Assembly: GCA_965237675.1 (NCBI GenBank) | Contig: OZ250150.1 | Span: 3,040,001 to 3,104,000, forward strand | DNA: 64,000 nucleotides | Origin: Candidatus Latescibacterota bacterium | Lineage (GTDB): Bacteria; Latescibacterota; UBA2968; GCA-2709665 | Direction of reading: 5' to 3' | In this document: positions 38,518 through 48,657 of the stretch, piece after piece | Position numbering within the stretch: the first letter of the stretch is position 1 | How the letters are laid out: each line of letters begins with the position of its first letter | Program-made: the position numbers and the translations under genes | The notes under the pieces: generated by a model | What the model was told of the DNA's origin: nothing | Seen by the model: only the letters and a program-made list of their open reading frames with translations | Databases searched by the model: none

Positions 38518-39018
38518 CTAAAGACTGGCAAGAGCGGCCTTTGCTGAAGAGTACGTCTTTTTACTCTTTGGTTGTTCATTAGCACGCAATACCATAATCC
38601 ACCAACGATATTCCTGAAAATAGGCTATAGTGTCACAGGTCAATTGGTCAACAACTTTGAGTTTTTCGTACAAGTTCATTTTTTTATATATTTCTTCTAT
38701 AGAAGCTAAAAATCCCCGCCAATCTTTGAAATTTTGTTCCGCCTCCTCAATTTGTTGAATAGTAATTTCAGGATCATTATCTATACAACAGTCCTCAATA
38801 TATCTCTCCGGTGTTTTTTTCAACATTTCAAAAGCCTGAGCTACATCGTCACGTAATTTTGTAAATTTCCTTATCTCTCCCTCCAACATTTGTCGTTTCT
38901 CTTCAATTTCGCGAATTTGAGCACGCGTGAGATAGCCTGTCTTGCGTCTTTGTTGCGAAATCTTATAAATTATCTTCGATTCCGCAACATCTAAAGATGG
39001 ATTTATAACCGCTGGCAT
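38518..39018 (-). CDS. hypothetical protein, probable cognate antitoxin
   Basis: Immediately upstream of the RelE-like gene; C-terminal KTYSSAKAALASL; low GC. Confidence 0.5.
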   Translation of the reverse strand: MPAVINPSLDVAESKIIYKISQQRRKTGYLTRAQIREIEEKRQMLEGEIRKFTKLRDDVAQAFEMLKKTPERYIEDCCIDNDPEITIQQIEEAEQNFKDWRGFLASIEEIYKKMNLYEKLKVVDQLTCDTIAYFQEYRWWIMVLRANEQPKSKKTYSSAKAALASL

Positions 39019-39207
39019 TGTCTTCCCCCTTTACATAACTAGGCCGTACGTTAAACCCTTCAATCGCAAACCTATAACGTAAAAGCCACGTATAGCAATA
39101 TACGTGAATTAGACGTTTAGGGCAAATCCATTTTGAAAAGGAAGATTTCTCCCATAAACGCCTTTCAACTGTCCCCGTCCCGCCGATAATTATACTTGAA
39201 ACACTGT

Positions 39208-39351
39208 TCAGTGTCCTGTCCCAGAAATAGATTTACATAATCGTTCGATTTTGTGGAGGATGGATTCTGCGTTCGCGGTCCAGACAAAAGGCTTGGACTT
39301 CTCGTTGTAGTTGTCGGTGAAGGTTTCGATGCTGTCGATGAGTTCTTTAAT
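39208..39351 (-). mobile_element. IS630-family transposase C-terminal remnant
   Basis: Translates to ...FTDNYNEKSKPFVWTANAESILHKIERLCKSISGTGH*. Confidence 0.75.
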
Positions 39352-39409
39352 ATTTATCACAGTTATCTTCTCCTACCACTTAATTTTCCTAGACAACCCC
39401 GACTTCCCG

Positions 39410-42400
39410 TCAGGGCATCGTTAACCGCCAGACGTCGTTCACGACCGGCCACGTGTTCCCCGCGACAACCCAGAGGCTGTTCCGGAACACGTAGCAGGTG
39501 GATTCGTGGCGGGGTAAAAAGCGGGTGTCGGGCTTGAATTCGTGCCACTCCCTGCCGTCTTCGGTATACCAGACGTCCCCCAGGTTGACGTAGTTGGCGT
39601 TGTCGTACCCGCCGATGATCCAGAGTCTGCCCGCGTAGACTTTCGAAATAAACCACATCCGCGTCGACCAGGGGGCGCGTTCGAGTACGCGGGTCCAGTT
39701 GACGCCGTCCTCCGAGCACCAGACGTCGTTGAGGGTGGTGTAGTCGGGGTAGCCCTTTTCGGGCGGGTCGTTGCGCTGGACGATACGGCCACCCATCACC
39801 CAGAGCCTGTTGTCGTACGCAGCCACGGCGGCCGCGGACCGGTCTCCGTACGGAGCGTTGGCAGTAGCCCGCGTCCAGGCGATGCCGTCGCCGGTGTGCC
39901 AGACGTCGCTGCCGCTGCCAAGCTGCCACATCCGGTCCCGGTGGACCACCAGTTCGCCGTAGCCCCGTGAGCCGAAGGGGGTATCATCCAGTACGCGGGT
40001 CCAGTCAACGCCGTTTCGGGAGTTCCAGACGCTTCCCTTGACGGCCCAGATTCTGTCCTTGTAGGCCACCATTTCGCTATAGCCGTCGTAAGGCGTGGCT
40101 TCGCTCACGAGATGCCAACTGATGCCGTCGGATGAATTCCAGAGGTCCCTGGTGAGGATACCAGAGTGGTAGTAGGCGTTGCTGATCCAGAGTCTGTCCT
40201 GAAACACCACGTCTTCCGACGTGTCGCGCGGTGTGAACGGCGCGTTGTAAACCAGGTTGATCCAGTCGCCGGTTCGGTTGGCATTGACGTCGGACGTGTT
40301 GATGCGCAGGCTGGCAACGGTGGGGATCTCGACGCGCGCCCGGCCGGACCACGACCGCCCGGGAAAGAACAGGAGCCGTCCGCCTTCAGCGGTGATTTCA
40401 TACCCGGGGTCATCCTCCAGTTCCAGCAGGGCCCCGCCGGCTTCCGGGTGTTGTATACCTGTGATTTTGTGGCCGTACGTGAATCCGTCGCCGTCCCTGA
40501 CAATCGCGGTGAGGCCCACGAGGTCCACGCCGGTTGGAAGATCGGTATCGATGAGGAGTCCGTCGACGTCGTCTCCCGCGGCCTTGCGCCTGGTTTTCAG
40601 AACGGCGCCGGCACGCGTGCCCCGTCCGCCGAGGTTTCGTACGCCCTTTTCGAGCAGCGTGCCGCCGATGAGGACCATCTGTTCGACCTCGCCGTTTCGC
40701 TCCCTGACAAAGCCGACGCGGCCGCGGAAGGCAAGGTCTTCGATCCTGAGCGTGTGGTTTTCGTCTGACGTGGACAGGATGTAATCGGTGACGTCGCCGG
40801 AGACGATTTTGAGCGCGATATCCGTGCCTGTCCCGCCGTCCGGGTGGAGACGTTCCACGCTGCGAATCGCGGGCCGGTCGCCGTAGGGCTCCAGCACGGT
40901 GCTGAACAGGGTGGAGAGGTCTTCGCCGTCCCGGCGATGGACGAGCATCGGCATGGTGATCTCGTCGAGCCGGTCGTCGTCCTCATCCGCCCTGCGGACG
41001 GAGGGCGCCCGCGCGGTGAATAGCGTTCCATCCGGGTCTGTGAGGCTGTGTACGCGCACCGAGCCGGCGGGCTTCGCCTGGCTGGTGAAGCGTGCGGTCC
41101 ACGGCCGGGTGATTTCGGCGCGTTGCACCTCCCGGATGAACGCATACCCCAGGTTGTGTCCGCCGGCGTCGCCCTGGACGCTTTCGCCGGTGGGCAGGGT
41201 CACGTTCACGCCCGGCGGGATCAGGGTATCGCCGTGGTACGAGGTGGAAAGGTCGACGTCCACGGCGCCGTCGTGGTCCGCGTCGCCCGCCAGGATGTAT
41301 TCGTGGCGATTTCCGCCGGCAACCCTGAACAGATCGACGATATAGGTCTGGTCGGATGGCAGACCGATCTGGAGAATCAACCGCCGGTAGGTTGAGGTAA
41401 CGCCCGGATAGGCGCGGTCTCCCGAGGCTTCGATGGCCTGAAACGTGTCGTCGTGAGGGACGAAAAACAGGAGGTTGCCGTCCGAGGGAGCGTTTTCCGA
41501 GCCGAATGCCTGGTCTTTACCATCCACGGCAACCGTGTTGTGCGACAGGGTGGTGATGGTCCAGCACCGGTGGCGGGTGTGGGTGTATCCGATGTCGCTC
41601 AGGCGCTCCTGGCCGCGGGCGTAGAGGGTGAGGCTCAACAGATCCGCGTGCTGGTGGCCGTAACCGCCGGAAAAGTGGAGGTAAGTCTGGGTCTGGTCGA
41701 CGCCGTGCCCCCGGTCCAGGCGGGCGTGGCCCATGCCCGGAAGAAGCAGGGGACCCGACGTTTCCGGGGCGGGGCGTTGTTCCCGCGCCCAGGTGTCGTG
41801 GGTGGGAACGACACGTCCGTTGGGATAGCGGAGAAGCTCCGGGATGCCGCTGGCCTTTTCCAAAATGGGAAAACGGGCTTTCAGGTCCAGATTGTCGTAG
41901 CGTTCGCCGTCGACGGGGTGGACGTATCCGTCCGGATCGCTGTATCCATCCAGGCGTTCGATCACCTGTCGCAGGCCGCCGATGGTCTGATTGTGATAGG
42001 AGATGGCGCCTTCACGCCAGGTGCCGTCTACGAAGAAATTGGCGTCGACGAGTCTGGCGATACGGTCGACCGCGTCGTGGATGTAATCCGGTTCCTTCAG
42101 GACCCTCCCGGCCGCGATGAGGCCGCGCAGAAGCGTGGGATCCATGTTGCCGAGCGCCGGTGGGAAACCCCGTATAAAGGCCACGCTGGCGCGGAAAAAA
42201 TCGTCTTCGATGCGCAGGTTCATCGTCTCGTCCAGTTCCCCGCTTTCCCGGATGAGGTCATATGCGTAAATCAGGTTTTCCGGAATGTCCATGTATGCCC
42301 ACCAGTCCCACTTGGAGGCGCGGTAGTCCTGAACCGGATAGGGAAACCCCTGGTCGCCGGGGAAGATAATCTTCTGGCGGAAGGGCAGGTCGTGATGGAC

Positions 42401-42955
42401 GCAGTACCCCGGATACAATTCGGCGAAGCGATTCAGGATGAGGGCCGCGCGACGGGCGAAAGATGGGCCTCCAGTTGCGGAGTAGAGCACGCCCAGGTCG
42501 TGGGCGGCGGCCGCGAAATAGGCACGGGCCCGGTACCAGCCCTTGGCCCGGAAGAAATGCCGGTACCCGGTGCCATCCTCCCAGTAGGGATATTCCTGTG
42601 TCTGACCCACGGGATTGACCACCCGGAGGATCTCATCGTCCGGGAATTTCTCGTTCGGATACTTGAGACCGCAGAATTTGCAGAAGACACGGTCCGGGTC
42701 CTCGATTGTCCAGTCGATCTGGCCCTCCTGGGCTCCGCCGTCGCAGTTGGGACAGTCCACAAAGTAGATGCCCGCGCGTTCCGGAATGAGGCGCAGGATT
42801 TCGCTGTCGGATAACGAAAGAACCGGTTGGAGGTTTCCACGCAGCCGTTCCACGTCTCTGTCGTTGAGAGATGGAGGGAAGACCGGGCCGGCGCTGGCGG
42901 CGTTAGCCCGGAGCGACAGGAGGATCAGCACGGCGATAGCAGATAGTATGAGCAT
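39410..42955 (-). CDS. secreted heparinase II/III-like protein with C-terminal Kelch-like beta-propeller
   Basis: Signal peptide; WREGAISYH, GHQHADLLSL, DIGY and TLSHNTVAVDG; repeated LWVMGG/DVW.S.DG..W. Confidence 0.8.
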   Translation of the reverse strand: MLILSAIAVLILLSLRANAASAGPVFPPSLNDRDVERLRGNLQPVLSLSDSEILRLIPERAGIYFVDCPNCDGGAQEGQIDWTIEDPDRVFCKFCGLKYPNEKFPDDEILRVVNPVGQTQEYPYWEDGTGYRHFFRAKGWYRARAYFAAAAHDLGVLYSATGGPSFARRAALILNRFAELYPGYCVHHDLPFRQKIIFPGDQGFPYPVQDYRASKWDWWAYMDIPENLIYAYDLIRESGELDETMNLRIEDDFFRASVAFIRGFPPALGNMDPTLLRGLIAAGRVLKEPDYIHDAVDRIARLVDANFFVDGTWREGAISYHNQTIGGLRQVIERLDGYSDPDGYVHPVDGERYDNLDLKARFPILEKASGIPELLRYPNGRVVPTHDTWAREQRPAPETSGPLLLPGMGHARLDRGHGVDQTQTYLHFSGGYGHQHADLLSLTLYARGQERLSDIGYTHTRHRCWTITTLSHNTVAVDGKDQAFGSENAPSDGNLLFFVPHDDTFQAIEASGDRAYPGVTSTYRRLILQIGLPSDQTYIVDLFRVAGGNRHEYILAGDADHDGAVDVDLSTSYHGDTLIPPGVNVTLPTGESVQGDAGGHNLGYAFIREVQRAEITRPWTARFTSQAKPAGSVRVHSLTDPDGTLFTARAPSVRRADEDDDRLDEITMPMLVHRRDGEDLSTLFSTVLEPYGDRPAIRSVERLHPDGGTGTDIALKIVSGDVTDYILSTSDENHTLRIEDLAFRGRVGFVRERNGEVEQMVLIGGTLLEKGVRNLGGRGTRAGAVLKTRRKAAGDDVDGLLIDTDLPTGVDLVGLTAIVRDGDGFTYGHKITGIQHPEAGGALLELEDDPGYEITAEGGRLLFFPGRSWSGRARVEIPTVASLRINTSDVNANRTGDWINLVYNAPFTPRDTSEDVVFQDRLWISNAYYHSGILTRDLWNSSDGISWHLVSEATPYDGYSEMVAYKDRIWAVKGSVWNSRNGVDWTRVLDDTPFGSRGYGELVVHRDRMWQLGSGSDVWHTGDGIAWTRATANAPYGDRSAAAVAAYDNRLWVMGGRIVQRNDPPEKGYPDYTTLNDVWCSEDGVNWTRVLERAPWSTRMWFISKVYAGRLWIIGGYDNANYVNLGDVWYTEDGREWHEFKPDTRFLPRHESTCYVFRNSLWVVAGNTWPVVNDVWRLTMP

Positions 42956-43025
42956 GGCGAATCATCCTTTCGTTGAAAACCCTTCCACGAATCCTTCAAC
43001 GCGCCGGCGACGGCCGCCCGGCGGG

Positions 43026-44582
43026 TCAGTTGCCTCGGCGCAAGACGCGGCCGGGGAGCGCCCCGGTGATGGCGCCGTCCTCAACGGCCGGTTCTCCGTT
43101 GACCAGTACACATTGGATACCCACGGGGCCCCCTCTGGGATTGTCGAATGTGGCGGTCGCGTTTACGGTCCGCGGATCGAAGATGACGATGTCGGCGGCT
43201 TTGCCGGCGGCGATCTCGCCCCGGTCGGCAAGGCCGAAACGCCGTGCCGGAAAACCGCTCATCTTATAGATGGCTTCCGCGAGTGAAACCAGTTCTTTTT
43301 CCCGGACAAAGACGCCGGGTACGCGGGCGAAACACCCGAATCCCCTGGGGTGGGGATGGCGCACGTTGTAGATGCCGTCGCTTGCGAGCATCATTCGCGG
43401 GTGTGTGACGGTGTTTCTAATCGTTTTTTCGATGGTTTCAGGTGCGTCCTGCCACGGGAAAATGTAGGTGGACAGGCCGTCTTCTTCGAGGATGAGATTG
43501 TAGGCGAAGTCCTCGGGAGGAACGCCGGACCGGGCGGCCAGGTCCGAAAGCGTGGCGCCGACATAGCGCCCTGAACGGGTGTGGCCGACCACCTGGTTGC
43601 AGGCGCCCAGCCAACCGCGGAGATGGGGCAGGATCCGTTCCTTCACCACGGGGTCCGCAAGGTGTTCCAGTACGTCGGACGGGGCGCCGATCTGGTCTTC
43701 GACGGGTAGCATGATGGTCATGTGCGACATACCGGCAGGGTAGAGGTAAGACTCAAAGCTGAGGTCGATGTCCTCCCGATCGGCAAGTTCCAGAAGCTCG
43801 GCGCCGTCCCGGTCCACCCGTTCGTGGGAGATGTGAACAGGAATGCCGGATCGGCGGGAGATCTCGAAGGTTTCCTTCCAGGCCTCCTGCCGGCCGAGAA
43901 TGTGGTTGCGGATGTGCGCGGCGTAGATGCCCCCGCAGGAGGCGGCCACTTTGCACAGTTCGACCAGTTCCCGCAGGTCTGAACTGGCGCTCGGCTGGTA
44001 GTCGAGACCCAGGCAGAGGCAGCCGGCGCCGGCTTCCATCCACTGCCGAACCCGGTCGGCCATGGCGTCGATCTGGGCATCGGTGGCAGGACCCGACGAC
44101 CAGCCGCAGACGTTGAGGCGCACGGCGCAGTGGGGTACCTGCGGGTAGACGTTGCAGGGGCTGTTGCCTGGAAAGAGATTCAGATAGTCCTCAATGGTTT
44201 CCCACGTGGGATCCAGGTCCGCCGCACCCGCGGCGAATCGGGTGTATTCCCACATCTCCCGGCGCAAATCCGGAGGCAACGGGGCCCAACCGAATCCGTC
44301 CGGCGCAAGAAGCTGGGTGGTGATGCCCTGTGCGACGCCTGCGAATCGGTCGCTTCCCTTCAGCAGGGCAGGTTCGCAGTGCACGTGAACGTCGATGAAC
44401 CCGGGGCTGACCACGTGCCCACGGGCATCGATCTCCCTCTCCGCGCGGGTATCCACCAGATTACCCACGGCGGCGATTCGGTCTCCCGATAAGGCAACGT
44501 CCGCGGGAAAGGGCTCCCTTTCGCCGGTGCCGTCAACCACGAGGCCGTTGCGGATGAGGGTATCGAAAGTCATTGGATCCAC
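43026..44582 (-). CDS. N-acyl-D-amino-acid deacylase (amidohydrolase)
   Basis: PGFIDVHVH, HPRGFGCF and GKAADIVIFDP. Confidence 0.88.
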   Translation of the reverse strand: MDPMTFDTLIRNGLVVDGTGEREPFPADVALSGDRIAAVGNLVDTRAEREIDARGHVVSPGFIDVHVHCEPALLKGSDRFAGVAQGITTQLLAPDGFGWAPLPPDLRREMWEYTRFAAGAADLDPTWETIEDYLNLFPGNSPCNVYPQVPHCAVRLNVCGWSSGPATDAQIDAMADRVRQWMEAGAGCLCLGLDYQPSASSDLRELVELCKVAASCGGIYAAHIRNHILGRQEAWKETFEISRRSGIPVHISHERVDRDGAELLELADREDIDLSFESYLYPAGMSHMTIMLPVEDQIGAPSDVLEHLADPVVKERILPHLRGWLGACNQVVGHTRSGRYVGATLSDLAARSGVPPEDFAYNLILEEDGLSTYIFPWQDAPETIEKTIRNTVTHPRMMLASDGIYNVRHPHPRGFGCFARVPGVFVREKELVSLAEAIYKMSGFPARRFGLADRGEIAAGKAADIVIFDPRTVNATATFDNPRGGPVGIQCVLVNGEPAVEDGAITGALPGRVLRRGN

Positions 44583-44693
44583 TTTCCGGTTTTCAACATG
44601 CCGGTTACTGTATTTTATACGGTCAGCTGAGGAAACGAACGGGAACGAAGATACGCATGTTTTTACTGCAACGCATCGGAATTGTGTAAGCGG

Positions 44694-46670
44694 TTACCAG
44701 TCGTTCAGTTTGTGCCCGTCTCCGTTGAACCAGATGACGTCCGCGACGACGCCCAGGCCCACGCCGACGAGATATCCCATAAACATGCCCAGAAAAAGGG
44801 GAGCCATTCGCCTGTAACTGTTGAGGCCGCCGAATCTCATGATCAGGGCCTTGGTGAGCCAGGCGATAAAAATGGAGGTGACGCTGCTCCTGAGCACGTT
44901 GGAGGCGGAAATGGTGAACCCGATGGGGTGGACCGGAAATCCGGGAAAGCGGTATCGCAGGTAGACAAGGAGGCCGGTGAAGGCGGCGCCAATGCCGAAG
45001 AATCCGATGCGGTCCCAGCTTGCGCCCGCCGTTCCCTGCTGGATGCGGGCGGTGGTATAGTGCCAGATGCCCACGGCCCCGTCGCCGGAGCCGTTGAAGC
45101 TGACCACACCGAAATTGTAACTGCCCGCGCCGTAATAACCCTGGTAGAGAATAAAGGCGATCACGGAAAGGGCGCCGCAGAAAGCGCCCAGGAGTACGCC
45201 GGGCGCCAGCATGCGTCGACGTTCGGGTCGCATGGCCATCCCCAGGCGCGGGATATGGGCGAGGGCGGTGATAGCCCAGGTCTTGGCGTCGCAGAAGAAG
45301 GTGTACGTGAGCCCCAGGGCAACCGCGCTGTGAGGCCCCATCCCCGATATGCCGAAGAGGTGCCAGGTGAATGCCTGTGCCGTGATGGGGCCGCGCAGAT
45401 AGACGAGGCCGCTCTCAACGATAATGCGGGCGAGGCCGAGATAGAGAACGAGGGTGGCGAACCAGAAGGCGAGCAGGGGGCCGGCGGCCATCCCTGCGCG
45501 GAATAGCCAGACGAGGAGATAGACGCAGCCGGCCAGGAGCAGATAAACGGCGGCACGGTATGAGATGAGTTCCTTCGAATCGTCGATGGAGTCGACCGCG
45601 CCCCGGCGTTGATCGCTCGCCGAGCCTGTAAAGGCTTTCTTGAATACGGCGGCCAGGTGGCTTCGGGCAACCCAGAGGCCCCAGCCCACAAACACAGTCA
45701 GACCACCGAAGCTCTGCCAGCCGATGGCGGGGTCGAACGAGCACCACATGTCTGAACTGCCGATGCTGAAGCCCGTGCGATTGAAGACGCCGACCTGCAG
45801 GATTGCCAGAAGGTGGAAGAGCCAGATGCTGAACAGGACGCTGGATTCGGTGAAGTAAGCGAAGGCGATCGTCATCGGATGAACGGAAAAGGCAAAGTAG
45901 GGAAAGCCCTGGCCGATGCGGATGACCTTACGGCTCAGGACGGTCATGGGCACATCCAGGATGGGTATGGCCCTGACGAACCAGGTGGCGATGTTCCAGC
46001 AGAAGATGGTCACGATCAACCAGAATCCGAATCGGAACAGGCGGGACCTGATCAGCGTGGACAGGCTGCTTCTCGCGCCTGAAGCGCCCGTAAGTTCCAG
46101 TACGGCGGTGGCGATCGGGTACGTCAGGCGTTCGTTGTCCATCCACTGTTTCCGGAGGATAACCACCAGGCAGAAGCTGACGGTGAGCACGGATCCGAGA
46201 AATCCGGCCCACCAGAAGAGCGGGGGCGTCCAGGCGGCCCAGGGAAATTTCTGGCCCTTGAACAGACTCTCGTAAAAGCCGGTGGTGGCCGCCGGGTCAG
46301 CGACAATGGCCCAGGGCGGGACCCTCGCGAGCAGGTGGTCTGCCCATTGATTCTCGGGGCTCGCGAAATAGGTGGGCGCCGTAACCACACCCAGGAGATA
46401 TCCCGAGAGCCATTCTCCCTGCATGGTCGCGGAGACCATTCCGATACAGCAGATGGCCAGCAACTCCGAGGCTGACAGGCCACGACCGCGCCGATATAGC
46501 GGCAGATTCAGTCCGAGCAGGCAAATGAACGGAATGAGCAGGGCCACCGACAGGTGCGCGTAGTCGGCCCTCGAAGAATGCGCGATGAGGCTGGAGTAGG
46601 TGGGCCAGAGGTTGACCCAGACGGCCATCGCCAAGCCAACGAGGAGTGCGCGCAGCGTCATGATGTCCAC
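44694..46670 (-). CDS. DUF6785/DUF6784-type polytopic membrane protein
   Basis: YFASPEN.W, RKQWMDNERLTYP and PVHPIG motifs. Confidence 0.75.
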   Translation of the reverse strand: MDIMTLRALLVGLAMAVWVNLWPTYSSLIAHSSRADYAHLSVALLIPFICLLGLNLPLYRRGRGLSASELLAICCIGMVSATMQGEWLSGYLLGVVTAPTYFASPENQWADHLLARVPPWAIVADPAATTGFYESLFKGQKFPWAAWTPPLFWWAGFLGSVLTVSFCLVVILRKQWMDNERLTYPIATAVLELTGASGARSSLSTLIRSRLFRFGFWLIVTIFCWNIATWFVRAIPILDVPMTVLSRKVIRIGQGFPYFAFSVHPMTIAFAYFTESSVLFSIWLFHLLAILQVGVFNRTGFSIGSSDMWCSFDPAIGWQSFGGLTVFVGWGLWVARSHLAAVFKKAFTGSASDQRRGAVDSIDDSKELISYRAAVYLLLAGCVYLLVWLFRAGMAAGPLLAFWFATLVLYLGLARIIVESGLVYLRGPITAQAFTWHLFGISGMGPHSAVALGLTYTFFCDAKTWAITALAHIPRLGMAMRPERRRMLAPGVLLGAFCGALSVIAFILYQGYYGAGSYNFGVVSFNGSGDGAVGIWHYTTARIQQGTAGASWDRIGFFGIGAAFTGLLVYLRYRFPGFPVHPIGFTISASNVLRSSVTSIFIAWLTKALIMRFGGLNSYRRMAPLFLGMFMGYLVGVGLGVVADVIWFNGDGHKLNDW

Positions 46671-46754
46671 CGTCGGGATTCGGAGACGGGTTACGGGCGG
46701 TCCTGAAGACGCGGTTAAAACGCTCCTGAAAGGTGTCTGGACGCGGGGATGGGG

Positions 46755-47807
46755 CTACAGGTTTCCCGATACGGCGATTTTGACGGCGTCCTTTCCGTCC
46801 AGCCGGTAGCTCCCCGCCAGGGCATTGAAGCCTTCGGGCACGCGGTCCAGCGAGACGGTGTGGCTGACCATATCGGCAAATGGGAATTCGTTTTTTTCCA
46901 GGATGGGCAGACCGCGCACAAAGTGTTCGGGTGTACTGGCCCAGACGGCTTCAAAACGCAGGTTCTTTCGCATGAACATACGATTCGGGTTGCATTCGAA
47001 AGATCCGACATCGACGAAATGGCCCATTTCGACGTAGGTGCCGTTCTGGCGAAGGTAATCCAGGCCCTCGGGTATGGCGGGCAGAAAGCCCGCGCATTCA
47101 AAGACGACGTCGGCACCGACTCCCCTGGGGGTGCTGTCTCGAACCCTTCTTTTTCGTTCTTCCGGTTCCGGGACTTCGGCGATGTCGACGGTGACGTCGG
47201 CGCCGATTTCTCGGGCGAGGTCCAGACGTCCGGGTGGGCCTCCAACCATGATCAGGCGGCCGGCTCCGCTGACTTTCGCACAAATAAGCGTGACAAGGCC
47301 GATGGCGCCGGAACCCTGAACGACGACAGTGTCTCCGAATTGAATCCCGGCCCGCATGACGCCGTGTACGCCGATCGTAAAGGGCTCGAGCAGAACGGCA
47401 ACCTCTGCCGGCAGATCGGTCTTGAAGAATACGGTCTCCGGATCCCAGAGATAGATGTACTCGGCAAAGCCACCGCGCAGATAGGGCTCTTCGCCGGCCG
47501 GGATGAAACCGTAGGCGCCGTGCGGGGTGCCGGGCACGAGGGCGATCCGGTCACCTGCTCTGAGCGGGCGTCCCAGGTGGTCATGGGTCACGCCGGCGCC
47601 CAGTTTGTCGATAATCCCCACGTTCTCGTGGCCCAGGATGACCTCGTCTTCCATTCTCTGATATTCCCAGTTGTGCAGGTCGGTGCCGCAAATGCCGGCC
47701 AGTTCCTGTCTCAACAGGACCGTTCCGGGTGCCGGTTCCGGAACGGGGTACTCCCGGATTTCAAATCGTTCGCCGACCATGACCGAGGCACGACCGGTTC
47801 GGGACAT
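46755..47807 (-). CDS. zinc-binding (MDR) dehydrogenase
   Basis: GICGTDLH, GHENVG and QGSGAIG. Confidence 0.9.
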   Translation of the reverse strand: MSRTGRASVMVGERFEIREYPVPEPAPGTVLLRQELAGICGTDLHNWEYQRMEDEVILGHENVGIIDKLGAGVTHDHLGRPLRAGDRIALVPGTPHGAYGFIPAGEEPYLRGGFAEYIYLWDPETVFFKTDLPAEVAVLLEPFTIGVHGVMRAGIQFGDTVVVQGSGAIGLVTLICAKVSGAGRLIMVGGPPGRLDLAREIGADVTVDIAEVPEPEERKRRVRDSTPRGVGADVVFECAGFLPAIPEGLDYLRQNGTYVEMGHFVDVGSFECNPNRMFMRKNLRFEAVWASTPEHFVRGLPILEKNEFPFADMVSHTVSLDRVPEGFNALAGSYRLDGKDAVKIAVSGNL

Positions 47808-47845
47808 AAGAAATTTCCTCCCTCCGGAATATTCTGGTGGATGCG

Positions 47846-48646
47846 TCAGGAATGCGGGTAAAATCGAAGTTGCGGGATGTTTCCGATCCAGCCCATTTCG
47901 AAGGCGTACCTGTAAAAACGGTTCAGGCCCTCCTGTTCGACCCCGCCAAAGTCGTAACGGATCTTATTGCCGAGGTAGTCGGCGTAGAACCCGGTCGTAC
48001 GGGGGTGCGCCGATGCATAAGTCGCCGCAATAAGGGGGATCTCCCGGATGCCCAGGGCTTTGGCCTGGATCAATTGCCGGGTCTGACTTGGATTCAGCGC
48101 GTCGTGCCGCCCCGTCCAGCAGGCGTAGACGAATGGAAGCCCGGTGAGGACCGTCCAGGCTTCACCCAGGTCCAACACCCGGTAGCGCCTCGTATCCAGG
48201 GCCAGCGCCGCATCTCCGATGATGACGGCGGCATCGGCGCGCTCGAGCATGCGGTCGGCGTCCGGGGGATGGTGGAAGATTTCGGGTGTGCATCGGTATT
48301 GTTTTCGCAACACCAGCCGGCTGAGGATGGTGGAGGTCCTGGAGTTGACGTCCAGGGCGAGTGTCCGGATATCGGCCGGGTCTTTTCGGTACAAAAGCAG
48401 AACGCTGCCGACGGTACCCCTGGAAGAGATGCTGACTTCGGGAACGATGCAGTATGGATCGGGGCCGCGGGCGATTTCGATGGAGGGGATGAGGGCCACG
48501 TCGGTTTCACGGTTGTGAAGGCGTTCCGCGCAGCGGGATGGTACGTCGTAGGTGAATGCGAAGCGGTGTCCGATTCGACCGGTTTCCAGTGCGTGTACCA
48601 GAGGATGGGTGTTCAGGAATGAAACGACACCGAGTCGGGTTACCAT
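47846..48646 (-). CDS. mqnA: chorismate dehydratase
   Basis: VSFLNTHPL, VGSVLL, SRTS, IGDAAL and DLGEAW..LTGLPFVYA. Confidence 0.9.
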   Translation of the reverse strand: MVTRLGVVSFLNTHPLVHALETGRIGHRFAFTYDVPSRCAERLHNRETDVALIPSIEIARGPDPYCIVPEVSISSRGTVGSVLLLYRKDPADIRTLALDVNSRTSTILSRLVLRKQYRCTPEIFHHPPDADRMLERADAAVIIGDAALALDTRRYRVLDLGEAWTVLTGLPFVYACWTGRHDALNPSQTRQLIQAKALGIREIPLIAATYASAHPRTTGFYADYLGNKIRYDFGGVEQEGLNRFYRYAFEMGWIGNIPQLRFYPHS

Positions 48647-48657
48647 TCTCGGGGCTT

